From a virus (taxonomy: Duplodnaviria; Caudoviricetes): DNA of 52,133 nucleotides. The stretch's first letter is position 1. Each line of letters starts with the position of its first letter. A program made the translations under genes and the position numbers. Below are positions 27,620 through 37,332 of the stretch, piece by piece. The DNA is taken from the IMG/VR virus record IMGVR_UViG_3300009509_000046, positions 1-52,133 of that record; one strand, 5' to 3'. Below the pieces are notes generated by a model. It ran no database searches, had not been told where the DNA came from, and worked only from the letters and a program-made list of their open reading frames with translations.

Positions 27620-29544
27620 TGGCTGACTATAAAATAAATATAGGTGCTTTTCAGAGTGACACAGACGATGGTGAGTGGCGATTTAACATCGGTGCATCTC
27701 AAACTGATCCAAAAAGTTTTGCCGCAACTGATATTATTATCTCAGGGGCTGGAAGCCTTGTTGTTTCTGATTTTAGTATTGATGTTGATACAGAAGCAGA
27801 TGTTTCTGGTGTAGGCTCAATAGAGATAAGTGATATAGATGTATCTAACACAGAAGAACATGGTCGAATTTTTGGAAATAATCTATCATTGATAATTCCA
27901 GGCTGGGACTCAGGATGCGATCAAGGTTCAGCGGATAATTGGAATAATCCACGACCTGAGATAGTGGTTGAATTGCTTGGTACTGGAGATTATACAAACG
28001 AAATTCAACAGTCTCAAGATAGCAATATGTTCGCTGTGGCTGGGAAAATAAATTCTTGGGAGTTTCACTGGTATGAGCTTGCTCATTTACTTCCGCGTGT
28101 TATTCAAGATCTTGGGAATTTGGTTTCAGATCAGGTCATTGACTGCGATCTATACAACGCAGACCGGAACAACGCTATCACAGTAACATCCATAACGAAC
28201 GATCTTGGGTATGGTATTGAGGTGTCTGGGGTTCCAGCAACGCCGTTTGATATTGAGTCACAAAAAAGTTTACTATTTTCACTAACAGTTAAAACTGTTG
28301 GAGATTTGCAGATAGATGCTTCGTACACTCTCCACACCACCGTTGGAGATTATACGATATATATCGTTGGATCTCGTATTGTTCTATTTCCAATACGACC
28401 AGAAGCACCACTTCGAGAACATTTGTTATTTAGTACAAAAATAATCGAAAAGGTGGACGGTTCAGAACAAAGAATAGCAAACAGAAAATATCCACGTACT
28501 ATGTTTGAGGCCACGTACAAAGATGGTCAGCAATTGATAGAGTTACTTTTATTCGACCGACAGGCTAAAGTTATAGCTTATCCAGCGTGGCATGAACCGG
28601 CGTTTTTGTCCAGTGCACACTCCGCTGGGGAAGTCACCGTGAATGTCAATACGACCGACTACGCTAATTTTTACGTCGGTGGATATGCCATAGTGATTGA
28701 TGATGAATATACGTATGATGCTTTAAAGATTGAGTCCATGACCGGGACTTCTATAACATTTGAATCAGAGCTGAGCCATAACTTCTCAGCTAAAGCACAG
28801 GTAATACCACTACTAACTGCCTATATCGAAGCAGCAACTGCCTCTCTAAAATACCCCATGAATCAACAATATTTCAACATGAGAATCCACGTGGACCCAG
28901 AAGTGAATGATATCGCCTCGGCTGCGGCCTGGAGCACATACAACGGTGAGCCGTTCATGGATGGTCCGAACCTTATGGAAGGTGGACAACTCGCGGAAGC
29001 AATCCGAACCAAAATCTTCGTCATTGACAACCTTACTGGGCTTCGTACGCAGGAATCTGCATGGGATCACGCTAAACGATTCAGTAAGAAGGGTTGGAAG
29101 ACCAATTCCAGGCAAGAGCTATGGGAATTAAGGCAACTTCTACACTATCTCAAGGGCAGACAAGTAGGATTCTATATTCCGACATTCTGGAAAGATTTGA
29201 CAGTCACTCAGAACTTACAGATTGGAACGTCGATAATGACGATACAGCGTGTTGGATATACGTTCAATGCAAGAAATCGTTGGCCTAAATCGACTATCCG
29301 AATTCATTTTACAGATGACTCAATCCTGGTAAGAACTATACAAAACAGTGCTGTTTTGAGTGAGATAGAGGAACAACTTACGTTAGATGATACGTGGCCC
29401 ACAACTTATACGCCTGATGATATAAAGCGTGTAGAATTTCTCGAAAAAGTCAGATTAGATGTTGACGACATCACTATAATACATTATAATGGGTTAGGTT
29501 GTGCTGAATGTATAGTGCCCTTGAAGGAAATAGATAACGTATGA
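27619..29544 (+). CDS. Tail tip/baseplate structural protein (distal-tail-like)
   Basis: DGSEQRIANRKYPR, YLKGRQVGFYIPTF, RLDVDDITI. Confidence 0.7.
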   Translation: MADYKINIGAFQSDTDDGEWRFNIGASQTDPKSFAATDIIISGAGSLVVSDFSIDVDTEADVSGVGSIEISDIDVSNTEEHGRIFGNNLSLIIPGWDSGCDQGSADNWNNPRPEIVVELLGTGDYTNEIQQSQDSNMFAVAGKINSWEFHWYELAHLLPRVIQDLGNLVSDQVIDCDLYNADRNNAITVTSITNDLGYGIEVSGVPATPFDIESQKSLLFSLTVKTVGDLQIDASYTLHTTVGDYTIYIVGSRIVLFPIRPEAPLREHLLFSTKIIEKVDGSEQRIANRKYPRTMFEATYKDGQQLIELLLFDRQAKVIAYPAWHEPAFLSSAHSAGEVTVNVNTTDYANFYVGGYAIVIDDEYTYDALKIESMTGTSITFESELSHNFSAKAQVIPLLTAYIEAATASLKYPMNQQYFNMRIHVDPEVNDIASAAAWSTYNGEPFMDGPNLMEGGQLAEAIRTKIFVIDNLTGLRTQESAWDHAKRFSKKGWKTNSRQELWELRQLLHYLKGRQVGFYIPTFWKDLTVTQNLQIGTSIMTIQRVGYTFNARNRWPKSTIRIHFTDDSILVRTIQNSAVLSEIEEQLTLDDTWPTTYTPDDIKRVEFLEKVRLDVDDITIIHYNGLGCAECIVPLKEIDNV

Positions 29545-30341
29545 GTTTTGAAACGTATGAAGAATCAATCGCTGGCGGCAGCAAAGTAGAGCTATATACT
29601 ATTACGCTTGGTAGTGTTGTATATAGAATGCACTCATCTTCCGAAGTGACTATCACTCATGCAGGTGATACATATTATCGTGCTAAGATACATCGAGGAA
29701 AAATAACTCTTGACCAAGAATACTTAGAAGTCTTTCTTCCAGGCGACCATGAATTTCCGCTATTATTCAAAGATATATCACCAGGAAAAACTGCCATATT
29801 AACCCTATACCAGTTTCATCGTGCCGATCCTGCTGATGTCCGATTTCTATATAAGGGAGCAATCAGATCTGTCGCATTCAGCAAAGACACAGCACAGGCT
29901 TCGCTCTCTGTAGTGCCGATCAGTAAAGCATTTAATAAATTGCTTCCAGATCGGACATTTCAATCAATGTGTAACAACGTGTTGTTTGATACAAAATGCC
30001 AAATTTCTGCTGGAGCATTTGTGTATACAGATACGGTTATAGCTGTAAGTTCAAACGTGGTCACAATCAGTGGGTTGGAGAGTTCAAAAGGGGATGGCTG
30101 GGCCACTGGTGGGTATGTATGCTTTGGAACTCTTGATTATAGACTCATTCTTGAACAAGACGGAAATGATCTTATCCTTGTACTCCCATTCCACGAAGAC
30201 GTTCTTGGTGAAGATGTATCAGTTTACGCCGGTTGCGATCACACAATTGCCACTTGCAATTCTAAGTTTAGTAACGAAATAAATTTTGGTGGATGTCCTT
30301 ACGTGCCAACAAAAAATATTTTTGTGACAGGAATAAGATAA
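29541..30341 (+). CDS. Tail assembly protein (DUF2163/BR0599, gpL-like Cys motif)
   Basis: CNNVLFDTKC, YAGCDHTIATC..KF.N..NFGGCPYVP. Confidence 0.88.
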   Translation: MSFETYEESIAGGSKVELYTITLGSVVYRMHSSSEVTITHAGDTYYRAKIHRGKITLDQEYLEVFLPGDHEFPLLFKDISPGKTAILTLYQFHRADPADVRFLYKGAIRSVAFSKDTAQASLSVVPISKAFNKLLPDRTFQSMCNNVLFDTKCQISAGAFVYTDTVIAVSSNVVTISGLESSKGDGWATGGYVCFGTLDYRLILEQDGNDLILVLPFHEDVLGEDVSVYAGCDHTIATCNSKFSNEINFGGCPYVPTKNIFVTGIR

Positions 30342-33112
30342 TGGCTTTCTTTTTGACACTCGCACTGTGGGTTGGCACTTTTGTGTTAAGTCAACTTCTC
30401 ACGCCTGATCCAGAGATTGAACATGCTCGACCAGCGTCCTTGAACGATTTTGATTTTCCAACAGCCACAGAAGGTCGTGTTATCCCTCTTCAATGGGGAA
30501 CTGATTTAATTAAAGGGCCAAACGTTATTTGGTATGGTGACTATCGAGCCTACCCCATAAAAAAGAAAATTCATGGTGGATTATTTCATAGTGACAAGTA
30601 CATGATTACTGGATGGCAATACTACATTGGATTTCAAATGGGAATTTGCCAGGGGCCTGCGGTCTTAAAGGCTATATATGTTGGAGAAAATTTAGTGTGG
30701 CAAGGCACACAAGCAACTGATGGTGAGATTGAGTTGAATAAATACGGGGTGAAGGGGACATTTCAATTTTACACCGGGTCAACTACACAATCACAAGATC
30801 CATATCTTGCGACACACCAAAGTCCCTGTCCGGCCTACCGTGGACTCTGTTACGGCGTTTGGAAGGGTGGGTATGTTGGCACCAGCACGAGAATATTACC
30901 CTGGTCATTTGAAGTCCAACGCATCCCCACTGGGCTTACTGCCGGAGCATACTCGGCAGTCAATATATTCGATTGTAACCCTATGGAACTTATGTATGAA
31001 GTGTTCACTAATACAGAGTGGGGCGATGGATACTCCACAAGTGAAATAGACACGGCAGACTGGATAACTGCGGCAATAACGCTATTCAATGAAGGCAATG
31101 GAATATCTCTTGTACTGGCTAACCAAACCAGTATAGTTAATATTAGGAAGGAAGTTGAAAAACAAATCAATGGACATTTCAGAGTAGACCCAGAAACGGG
31201 GAAGTGGAAATGTGTTTTGATACGTGGTGGGTATTCTACTTCTGGACTGAAAGTTGCTAATGAATCAACTGTTGTAGAAATGATTGAACTTTCACGAGGC
31301 AGTTGGGAGGGTACGATCAATTCTATCCGAATTCAATACAAGCGAAGATCGAACGATTATACTGATGGATTTGCTCAGGCTCAGGACGCGGCGAATATGC
31401 AGGTACAAGCACGACGTGTGCCTGCTATCTATAGTTATGTCGGCATTCGGGATGACTCTTTAGCCAATAAGATTGCCTGGAGAGAGTTGCGAGAGAGTAG
31501 TTATCCACTGGCAAAAGCAAGATTTAAGGCGGATAGATCATTCTGGGATTCGTACAGAGGAGAAGTATTTTTATTAACCTATACTTTTAAAAAATTCAGT
31601 GTCGCGGACATACCTTTTAGAATAACAAAGATTGATTTTGGTAGTATGGACGATCCTCACATACTGATAGATGCTGTGCAGGATATTTTTTCATGGCGAG
31701 CAGCATCGTTTTCTGATGCAGATATATCTCAGTGGAATGTTCCCGACACGGGCCTAACCCCGTTTCCGGCAACAGACCAATTTGCATTTGAACTTCCGTA
31801 CGCGATTCAGCGACGACAAGATGATAGCTCAGAAGGTCAAATTTTTGTGGCTGGAGAATCCCAAGGCCGTGAAGAAGCTGGTTTTGAATTACTTCATCGA
31901 AGTGCCGCCAGCTATCCGGTATCAGGAAATTATACATCTGCTGGTACTGTATCATCAGTGATATGGACAGGTTTTTTAGATGGTGATGTGGATCAAGATG
32001 ATACGCAGATAGATGTAATGACGGACGCCAATAGTGTTGATGCAGGATTTCTACTATCTATTCTCCCAGAGATAGGTGTCGGTGAGTATCTACTTAACTT
32101 ATTTATGATCGGCGATGAACTTATCGCCTGCTCTGGGGTCTCGATAATCACTGGTGGATTGCGATTCACTGGGTGTCTTCGCGGGCTATGTGATACAGCC
32201 CAAGCGGTGCATACGGATGGCGACAAGGTGTGGTTTCTATCGACAAAGAATGACGTCCCGACAATCTTCTTTGAGAATGATTATTACGTGGACATGAAAC
32301 TATTGCCATACGATCAATTCGGAAATCAGATTGCTGAGAACGATCCAGGAATTACAATCCTCGAACTTAAATTAGATTATCGTCCGAGACGACCATATCC
32401 GCCGACATTCATGGAGTGGAATTCTTCCGGCTACCCGACAAGTGTAGATATTACCTCAGATGTTGTGGTTACGTTCAATCGACGGGATTATCGTATTTTC
32501 AATGAGGAGTCTCAGCACTCTACTGACGCAAGCACCATCAACGGAGATTTTCCAGCAAATAACAATACTAAATACAGATTAAAACTGTGGGAAGGATCTA
32601 CTCTAAAATACACCGGCGATTGGAACGCCGGGGCTGCTACGGTGACAATGACATTAGAGAAGATATTACGTTACCTTGATGGACTTCCAACGTCACTAAC
32701 TATGTCACTTGATACAAAGCACACATACAATTCAGTAGATTACGACTCCACTCAGGAGGTCTTCCACACTGCCTCAGTTCAGGCATCTTCATTTGATGAC
32801 GATCACTGGTTTGGGGTGTGTAGCCCATCAACTGCTTGTCCATATACGTGGACAAATGTTCCTGACTCAGGTACTTACGCATTCTCCATCGGAACTGCAA
32901 CACTTTCTGGGGATGTTGAAGCTCGAATAAACGGCGGATCATGGCAACAAGTGATCGTAGCCGGAAATTCATCAGGAAATCTAACTGGCGTAACTGCGGG
33001 AGATAATATTGATGTTCGACACTTAGATTCCAGCTCCTCAGATGAAATTTTACTGACTGTGGATAGTCCAACAAGCAGTGAAAATGGCTTTGGAATTTTA
33101 ATTTTTGCTTGA
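30341..33112 (+). CDS. Central tail tip / host-specificity protein
   Basis: FPTATEGRVIPLQWGT, PNVIWYGD, PAYRGLC, LRGLCDT. Confidence 0.85.
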   Translation: MAFFLTLALWVGTFVLSQLLTPDPEIEHARPASLNDFDFPTATEGRVIPLQWGTDLIKGPNVIWYGDYRAYPIKKKIHGGLFHSDKYMITGWQYYIGFQMGICQGPAVLKAIYVGENLVWQGTQATDGEIELNKYGVKGTFQFYTGSTTQSQDPYLATHQSPCPAYRGLCYGVWKGGYVGTSTRILPWSFEVQRIPTGLTAGAYSAVNIFDCNPMELMYEVFTNTEWGDGYSTSEIDTADWITAAITLFNEGNGISLVLANQTSIVNIRKEVEKQINGHFRVDPETGKWKCVLIRGGYSTSGLKVANESTVVEMIELSRGSWEGTINSIRIQYKRRSNDYTDGFAQAQDAANMQVQARRVPAIYSYVGIRDDSLANKIAWRELRESSYPLAKARFKADRSFWDSYRGEVFLLTYTFKKFSVADIPFRITKIDFGSMDDPHILIDAVQDIFSWRAASFSDADISQWNVPDTGLTPFPATDQFAFELPYAIQRRQDDSSEGQIFVAGESQGREEAGFELLHRSAASYPVSGNYTSAGTVSSVIWTGFLDGDVDQDDTQIDVMTDANSVDAGFLLSILPEIGVGEYLLNLFMIGDELIACSGVSIITGGLRFTGCLRGLCDTAQAVHTDGDKVWFLSTKNDVPTIFFENDYYVDMKLLPYDQFGNQIAENDPGITILELKLDYRPRRPYPPTFMEWNSSGYPTSVDITSDVVVTFNRRDYRIFNEESQHSTDASTINGDFPANNNTKYRLKLWEGSTLKYTGDWNAGAATVTMTLEKILRYLDGLPTSLTMSLDTKHTYNSVDYDSTQEVFHTASVQASSFDDDHWFGVCSPSTACPYTWTNVPDSGTYAFSIGTATLSGDVEARINGGSWQQVIVAGNSSGNLTGVTAGDNIDVRHLDSSSSDEILLTVDSPTSSENGFGILIFA

Positions 33113-33137
33113 CAAAAGGTGCTCAAAAGTGTATACT
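33109..33137 (+). promoter_or_regulatory. Sigma70-type promoter
   Basis: TTGACA-17 bp-TATACT. Confidence 0.8.
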
Positions 33138-33178
33138 TTATAATATGTTGAAATGAAGGAACAAAGGTAAGGTGTTGA

Positions 33179-33415
33179 ATGATGGACGATAAAGAAAAAC
33201 AGATGATTGAGCAAGCCGTGGAATGCACCCTGACGAAACTTGGTTTTGATTTATCGGACCCAATCTCTGCCCAAGAAGATATGCACTTCTTGCGTTCTCT
33301 TCGTCATTTGACACAAGCCTGCGGAACAAAAGCCGTGATGACCATGATAGGTTTAATTACGATAGCAGTCGCTGGGGGAGTCCTGCTGGCTATCGGAAAG
33401 GCTATCGGCAAGTAA
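33179..33415 (+). CDS. Small single-TM membrane protein (holin candidate)
   Basis: C-terminal hydrophobic helix; directly after the tail module. Confidence 0.55.
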   Translation: MMDDKEKQMIEQAVECTLTKLGFDLSDPISAQEDMHFLRSLRHLTQACGTKAVMTMIGLITIAVAGGVLLAIGKAIGK

Positions 33416-33514
33416 CAGACAATTAGGAGAGTGAGTGAGAGTGAAAGCCAAAGTGTTGACACCACAGACCGCAATCGTTGCGGACATATTCTATACTCTC
33501 TGAGAGGAACGTGA

Positions 33515-34279
33515 ATGAAAAAGAAAAGTAAGAAAACAGAAATGGTGAAAGCTACGAACCCGAAAGACGCTATCGGCATAAAGAAAGTGCCGATGAGCTG
33601 CCTCAGTAGTCACTCGGTCGCGTTGGTTGCTCTGGCAATGCAGGACGAAGGTCTTGATGATTGTCACGAATGCAATGTTCATGCAAGTGTACACTTCGAC
33701 GCAGCCATAGCGAACCTGATGCTGTTCTGGGAAGGAATCGGAGACGACGACAGTACTCCAAAGTTAGCTCGTGCAATGGCTCACGGAGTTGTGTTACGTC
33801 ACGCTGAGCTTGAGCATAGGTTGGTGGACGACCGCGTCGGCATCGAAGGTCTTCACGTCAAAAAGCTGAATGTATTCGCAGAACAAATCATTGAAAAGCT
33901 GCCGAAGTGCGTAGAGCCTTACACGCAGCTACCGGCAGGCACAGTCGGCTTCCAAGTACCAATCACCATTGATGCCGAGATACCCTTCCACATTCTGCCC
34001 TGGCAAGTTATCCTCGAAATAGCTCTGGGTATGATGGAGGGTGGTCGCAAGTATGGCCGACACAACTACCGAGCTGTTGGGGTCAGAGCAGCCGTGTACT
34101 ATGATGCAACGATCCGACATTTTGGTGACTTCATTGAAGGAACGCAGGTGGACAAGGATAGTGGTCTATCTCACTTGACGAAGGCGTTGTCGAGTATGCA
34201 AGTGCTGCTCGATTGTCAGGTCATGGGTAATTGGATTGATGACCGTCCGCTTCGTGTGCCCGGCTGTATCCAGTCGTAG
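33515..34279 (+). CDS. Tandem dATP/dGTP diphosphohydrolase (DUF5664-type), first copy degenerate
   Basis: TNPKDAIGIKK; second copy EGGRKYGRHNYR...YYDATIRH...DKDSGLSHL...DDRP. Confidence 0.85.
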   Translation: MKKKSKKTEMVKATNPKDAIGIKKVPMSCLSSHSVALVALAMQDEGLDDCHECNVHASVHFDAAIANLMLFWEGIGDDDSTPKLARAMAHGVVLRHAELEHRLVDDRVGIEGLHVKKLNVFAEQIIEKLPKCVEPYTQLPAGTVGFQVPITIDAEIPFHILPWQVILEIALGMMEGGRKYGRHNYRAVGVRAAVYYDATIRHFGDFIEGTQVDKDSGLSHLTKALSSMQVLLDCQVMGNWIDDRPLRVPGCIQS

Positions 34280-34290
34280 TAGGAGAGGAT

Positions 34291-34896
34291 ATGAGAAAAC
34301 ACATAGTATATCTCGATTGTGACCAAGTGCTAACCGATTTCGTCGCTGGGATTTGTAAGAAAGTAGGCTACGATTATCCTGGCACATATAATTGGCCGGA
34401 AGGCTGGACATACGACATGTTTGAAGCCGCAGGGACTTCCAGAGAAGAAGCAGATAAACTTTGTGACATCAACTTCTGGGCTAATTTGGATTGGATGGAA
34501 GATGGTCGTGACATTCTAAAGGCTGTGTTGGACCGATTCAAACCACACGAAATAGTTGTCCTAACTAAGCCAATGCGTAATAGTGGGGCCTATACCGGCA
34601 AAATGATTTGGTTTGAGAATAATATTCCCCAACTCTATGACCGAGTAGTGCCGTCACTTGTGCCCAAAGAAGTCTTTGCGGTGGATTTTAATACATTGCT
34701 TGTTGATGATTGCCAAGAAAACATCGAACAATTTATCAGAGCTGGTGGAGCTGGTATTCTTGTCCCTCGACCTTGGAATAAGCAAGACCAGTTATTCTAT
34801 AGCGGTAAGGCTGTTTCCTATGTGGCCCGTATGCTTGATAAGTGGATTAGAATAGCAAATCACCCAGCGAGAAGTAGAAAGGAGCAACATGTCTAA
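34291..34896 (+). CDS. 5'(3')-deoxyribonucleotidase, HAD NT5C family
   Basis: YLDCDQVLTDF, FWANL, LTKP, LLVDD...NI..F..AGG.GIL. Confidence 0.85.
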   Translation: MRKHIVYLDCDQVLTDFVAGICKKVGYDYPGTYNWPEGWTYDMFEAAGTSREEADKLCDINFWANLDWMEDGRDILKAVLDRFKPHEIVVLTKPMRNSGAYTGKMIWFENNIPQLYDRVVPSLVPKEVFAVDFNTLLVDDCQENIEQFIRAGGAGILVPRPWNKQDQLFYSGKAVSYVARMLDKWIRIANHPARSRKEQHV

Positions 34897-36499
34897 AGTA
34901 ACGACGGAACACGTAGTTGCCGCGTATCAAAATTATGGCGGTAACATCGGAAAGACGGCCAAGAGCTTAGGCGTCGGCAGAGCTGCAATCTACCACCACC
35001 TAAAGAAAGCAGGAATCGACCGGACCAAAAAGTTAGCTGATGGAAGTGTCCACGGAATTAAAGCGGTAGTGTGTTCGCGGCCCAAAGCGGGTGAGATAAA
35101 GCGATATATTCTGACCTCAGCTCAGAACAACACGCACGTCCACACTCCGGTGTGGAGCAGCCTATTGGCCTTGGCGGACTACTATGATGCTCAGCTCATG
35201 GTGGGGACATTCACCTACAATCAGAACGCCTTCGGCAAGCTATCTGTCAAGCGAGGCAAAGCCAAAAGCAAACAGACTACACTCTGGTACGACCAAAAAG
35301 TTGTGCCGTACATTGTGGACAAACGTCACCTTATCGCTAACAATCTGTATTGGTGCGGTGAGATGAACATTCTTCCTACGGCGGTTCGACCGCTGACTGG
35401 CTTCGAGTCTTACACGGGCCGGTCCAGTGCTATCTTTCCGCAAGTTAAGATGGCGATGGAGTCTATTCCGACCGGACGAAAAGAAAACACGAAATTCAAC
35501 TACACAACCGGGACTATCACTCAACGGAATTACATTCAAAAGCGTGAGGGACTCAAGGCCGAATTTCATCACTGCTACGGTGCCGTGATTGTCGAAGTTG
35601 ATAGCAACGGCAACTGGTGGTTACGCCAATTGAATGCCACAAACGACGGCACAATCTACGATCTTGATGTAGTTGTTGAGGGCGGCATCGTGTATGAGAA
35701 TGATCGTGTCGAGGCTATTACATGGGGTGATTCTCACGCCTTAATGCTCCTGGATGAAAGTGTCAATAAATGCTCTCAGCGTATGTTGGATGAGCTACGC
35801 CCCAAATTTCAATTCGTCCACGACATAATGGCTGGGTCGGTGACAAACCGATGGATTCGGAAGTCACTACATCAGCGGTTTCGCAACCATATCCGGTCTG
35901 GTGGGTGGAATGACCTCAAGAAAGAATTCTCGGAATGTAACCTACATCTTCGCAGCATGTATCGTGACTTTTGTAAAACCTACGTAATAGACTCTAACCA
36001 CGACCGGCCCTGGGTCGAGCGTTGGTTGGACAACCGCGAAGGGTTGGACGATCCGAAGAACGCTTTGATTTGGCTGAAACTCAACGCCGCTCTGTACGAA
36101 GCTATGGAGCGTAACCCGTTCTGTCGAGAATTTCATGTCCTGGAGTATGCTTGCCAGATGTTAGGTCTTGAAGATCACGTGGCAACATTCCTGCGTGAAG
36201 ATGAAAGTATGTTGATTACAGACGCCAAGATCGAGTGTGGTATGCACGGCTCTCTCGGCCCTGATGGAGCAAGAGGCAATCCATCTAACCTAAGTAAGAT
36301 GGGACGCAAAGCCAACGTCGGTCATTTACATAAAGCTGGAATCTATGATGGTCTTTACGTTGCCGGTGTATCGTGTGACATTAAGTCTGATGTCTGGTAC
36401 ACCAGAGGGCCGTCAAGTTGGTCACACTCGCACATCGTGACATATCCCAACGGCAAGCGTACTATTATCACCGTCTGGAAAGGAAAGTACAGAGCATGA
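34889..36499 (+). CDS. T5 A1-like protein: N-terminal HTH plus calcineurin-like metallophosphoesterase/nuclease
   Basis: GNIGKTAKSLGVGRAAIY HTH; ILTSAQNNT, NILPTA, KAEFHH; GDSH, HD, SNHD, HG, GHLH. Confidence 0.75.
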   Translation: MSKVTTEHVVAAYQNYGGNIGKTAKSLGVGRAAIYHHLKKAGIDRTKKLADGSVHGIKAVVCSRPKAGEIKRYILTSAQNNTHVHTPVWSSLLALADYYDAQLMVGTFTYNQNAFGKLSVKRGKAKSKQTTLWYDQKVVPYIVDKRHLIANNLYWCGEMNILPTAVRPLTGFESYTGRSSAIFPQVKMAMESIPTGRKENTKFNYTTGTITQRNYIQKREGLKAEFHHCYGAVIVEVDSNGNWWLRQLNATNDGTIYDLDVVVEGGIVYENDRVEAITWGDSHALMLLDESVNKCSQRMLDELRPKFQFVHDIMAGSVTNRWIRKSLHQRFRNHIRSGGWNDLKKEFSECNLHLRSMYRDFCKTYVIDSNHDRPWVERWLDNREGLDDPKNALIWLKLNAALYEAMERNPFCREFHVLEYACQMLGLEDHVATFLREDESMLITDAKIECGMHGSLGPDGARGNPSNLSKMGRKANVGHLHKAGIYDGLYVAGVSCDIKSDVWYTRGPSSWSHSHIVTYPNGKRTIITVWKGKYRA

Positions 36500-36690
36500 G
36501 GCGGCAAACAGACTACGGCAAGGGTGACGCAACCCGGCCAAGCGGTATTCCTTGGGAAGTCAGAGGTCTCAGGTTTGACCGCTCCTTGGGTCTCATCACT
36601 CCACGACAATACAACGCTCGGATTCAAACTGCTTGGGCAAGTGCACGAAAGCGAGGCTGGAATGGACCGAAAGACCCAGAAGAGAAGTGA
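36496..36690 (+). CDS. Small basic hypothetical protein
   Basis: ATGA overlap; GKGDxxRP motif. Confidence 0.55.
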   Translation: MRRQTDYGKGDATRPSGIPWEVRGLRFDRSLGLITPRQYNARIQTAWASARKRGWNGPKDPEEK

Positions 36691-36943
36691 CAAAATCAAC
36701 AGTGGGTTCGAGATATTGGGTGGGTTCTTTACTCTGTTTCATATTGCCCGCATCGTTCAGGATAAGTCGGTTGCCGGAGTGTCACCACTAACGGTAGCCT
36801 TCTTTACGCTGTGGGGTTACTGGAACCTATACTACTATAGGTCAATTCAACAGCGTTGGAGCTTGCGTGCAACCTACTTCATCACCGCGATGAATTCTGT
36901 ATGGTTGATATTGTTACTCTACTATTCCTTGAAAGGAGCTTAA
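36662..36943 (+). CDS. PQ-loop / SemiSWEET-like three-TM membrane protein
   Basis: DKSVAGVS...FFTLWGYWNLYYY; three hydrophobic helices in 93 aa. Confidence 0.65.
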   Translation: MDRKTQKRSDKINSGFEILGGFFTLFHIARIVQDKSVAGVSPLTVAFFTLWGYWNLYYYRSIQQRWSLRATYFITAMNSVWLILLLYYSLKGA

Positions 36944-36945
36944 AA

Positions 36946-37332
36946 ATGGAGAAGTGGAAAGTTGGGGACACTGTGCCCTTTAGCTCCAGGATCAGCGGCG
37001 ATCCTGCAAGTGATAACCCGATTGCAATTATTTATGATGAGGCAAACGCTATTGAGTCCACACTAACTATCGGGTCCGGCCTGACTCAGATTTTCGGAAC
37101 AAAGATTGTGGTGGGTTCGTTTGTACCTGATGTGGCAGGCACGTGGCGAGTCCAATTTCTTGATGACGCCGGACTGGATATCACAAAACAATTCATCATC
37201 GGCAGTCACTCAGTCGAATCAGTCGGCGGCGTCCTCGGCGTCATCGACGGCAAGATAGATGCTCAAGACCTTGTCTTGGCAGCAATCTTGGCAAACACAG
37301 CCACAATCGGTGGTGGGGGACATTTTGGATAA
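36946..37332 (+). CDS. Hypothetical beta-rich (Ig-like) protein
   Basis: AAGGAG RBS; FVPDVAGTWRV. Confidence 0.55.
   Translation: MEKWKVGDTVPFSSRISGDPASDNPIAIIYDEANAIESTLTIGSGLTQIFGTKIVVGSFVPDVAGTWRVQFLDDAGLDITKQFIIGSHSVESVGGVLGVIDGKIDAQDLVLAAILANTATIGGGGHFG

Noticed and set aside
33425-33503. Possible 22-aa peptide (GTG 33435) and GA-rich tract complementary to 40608-40618
   Set aside because: Too short and low-complexity to support without conservation data.
33515-34896. 2-aminoadenine (Z) or 7-deazaguanine genome system
   Set aside because: No purZ, folE/queCDE or dpdA in the window; the HD protein looks YhaM-like rather than clearly DatZ-like. It cannot be excluded outside the window.
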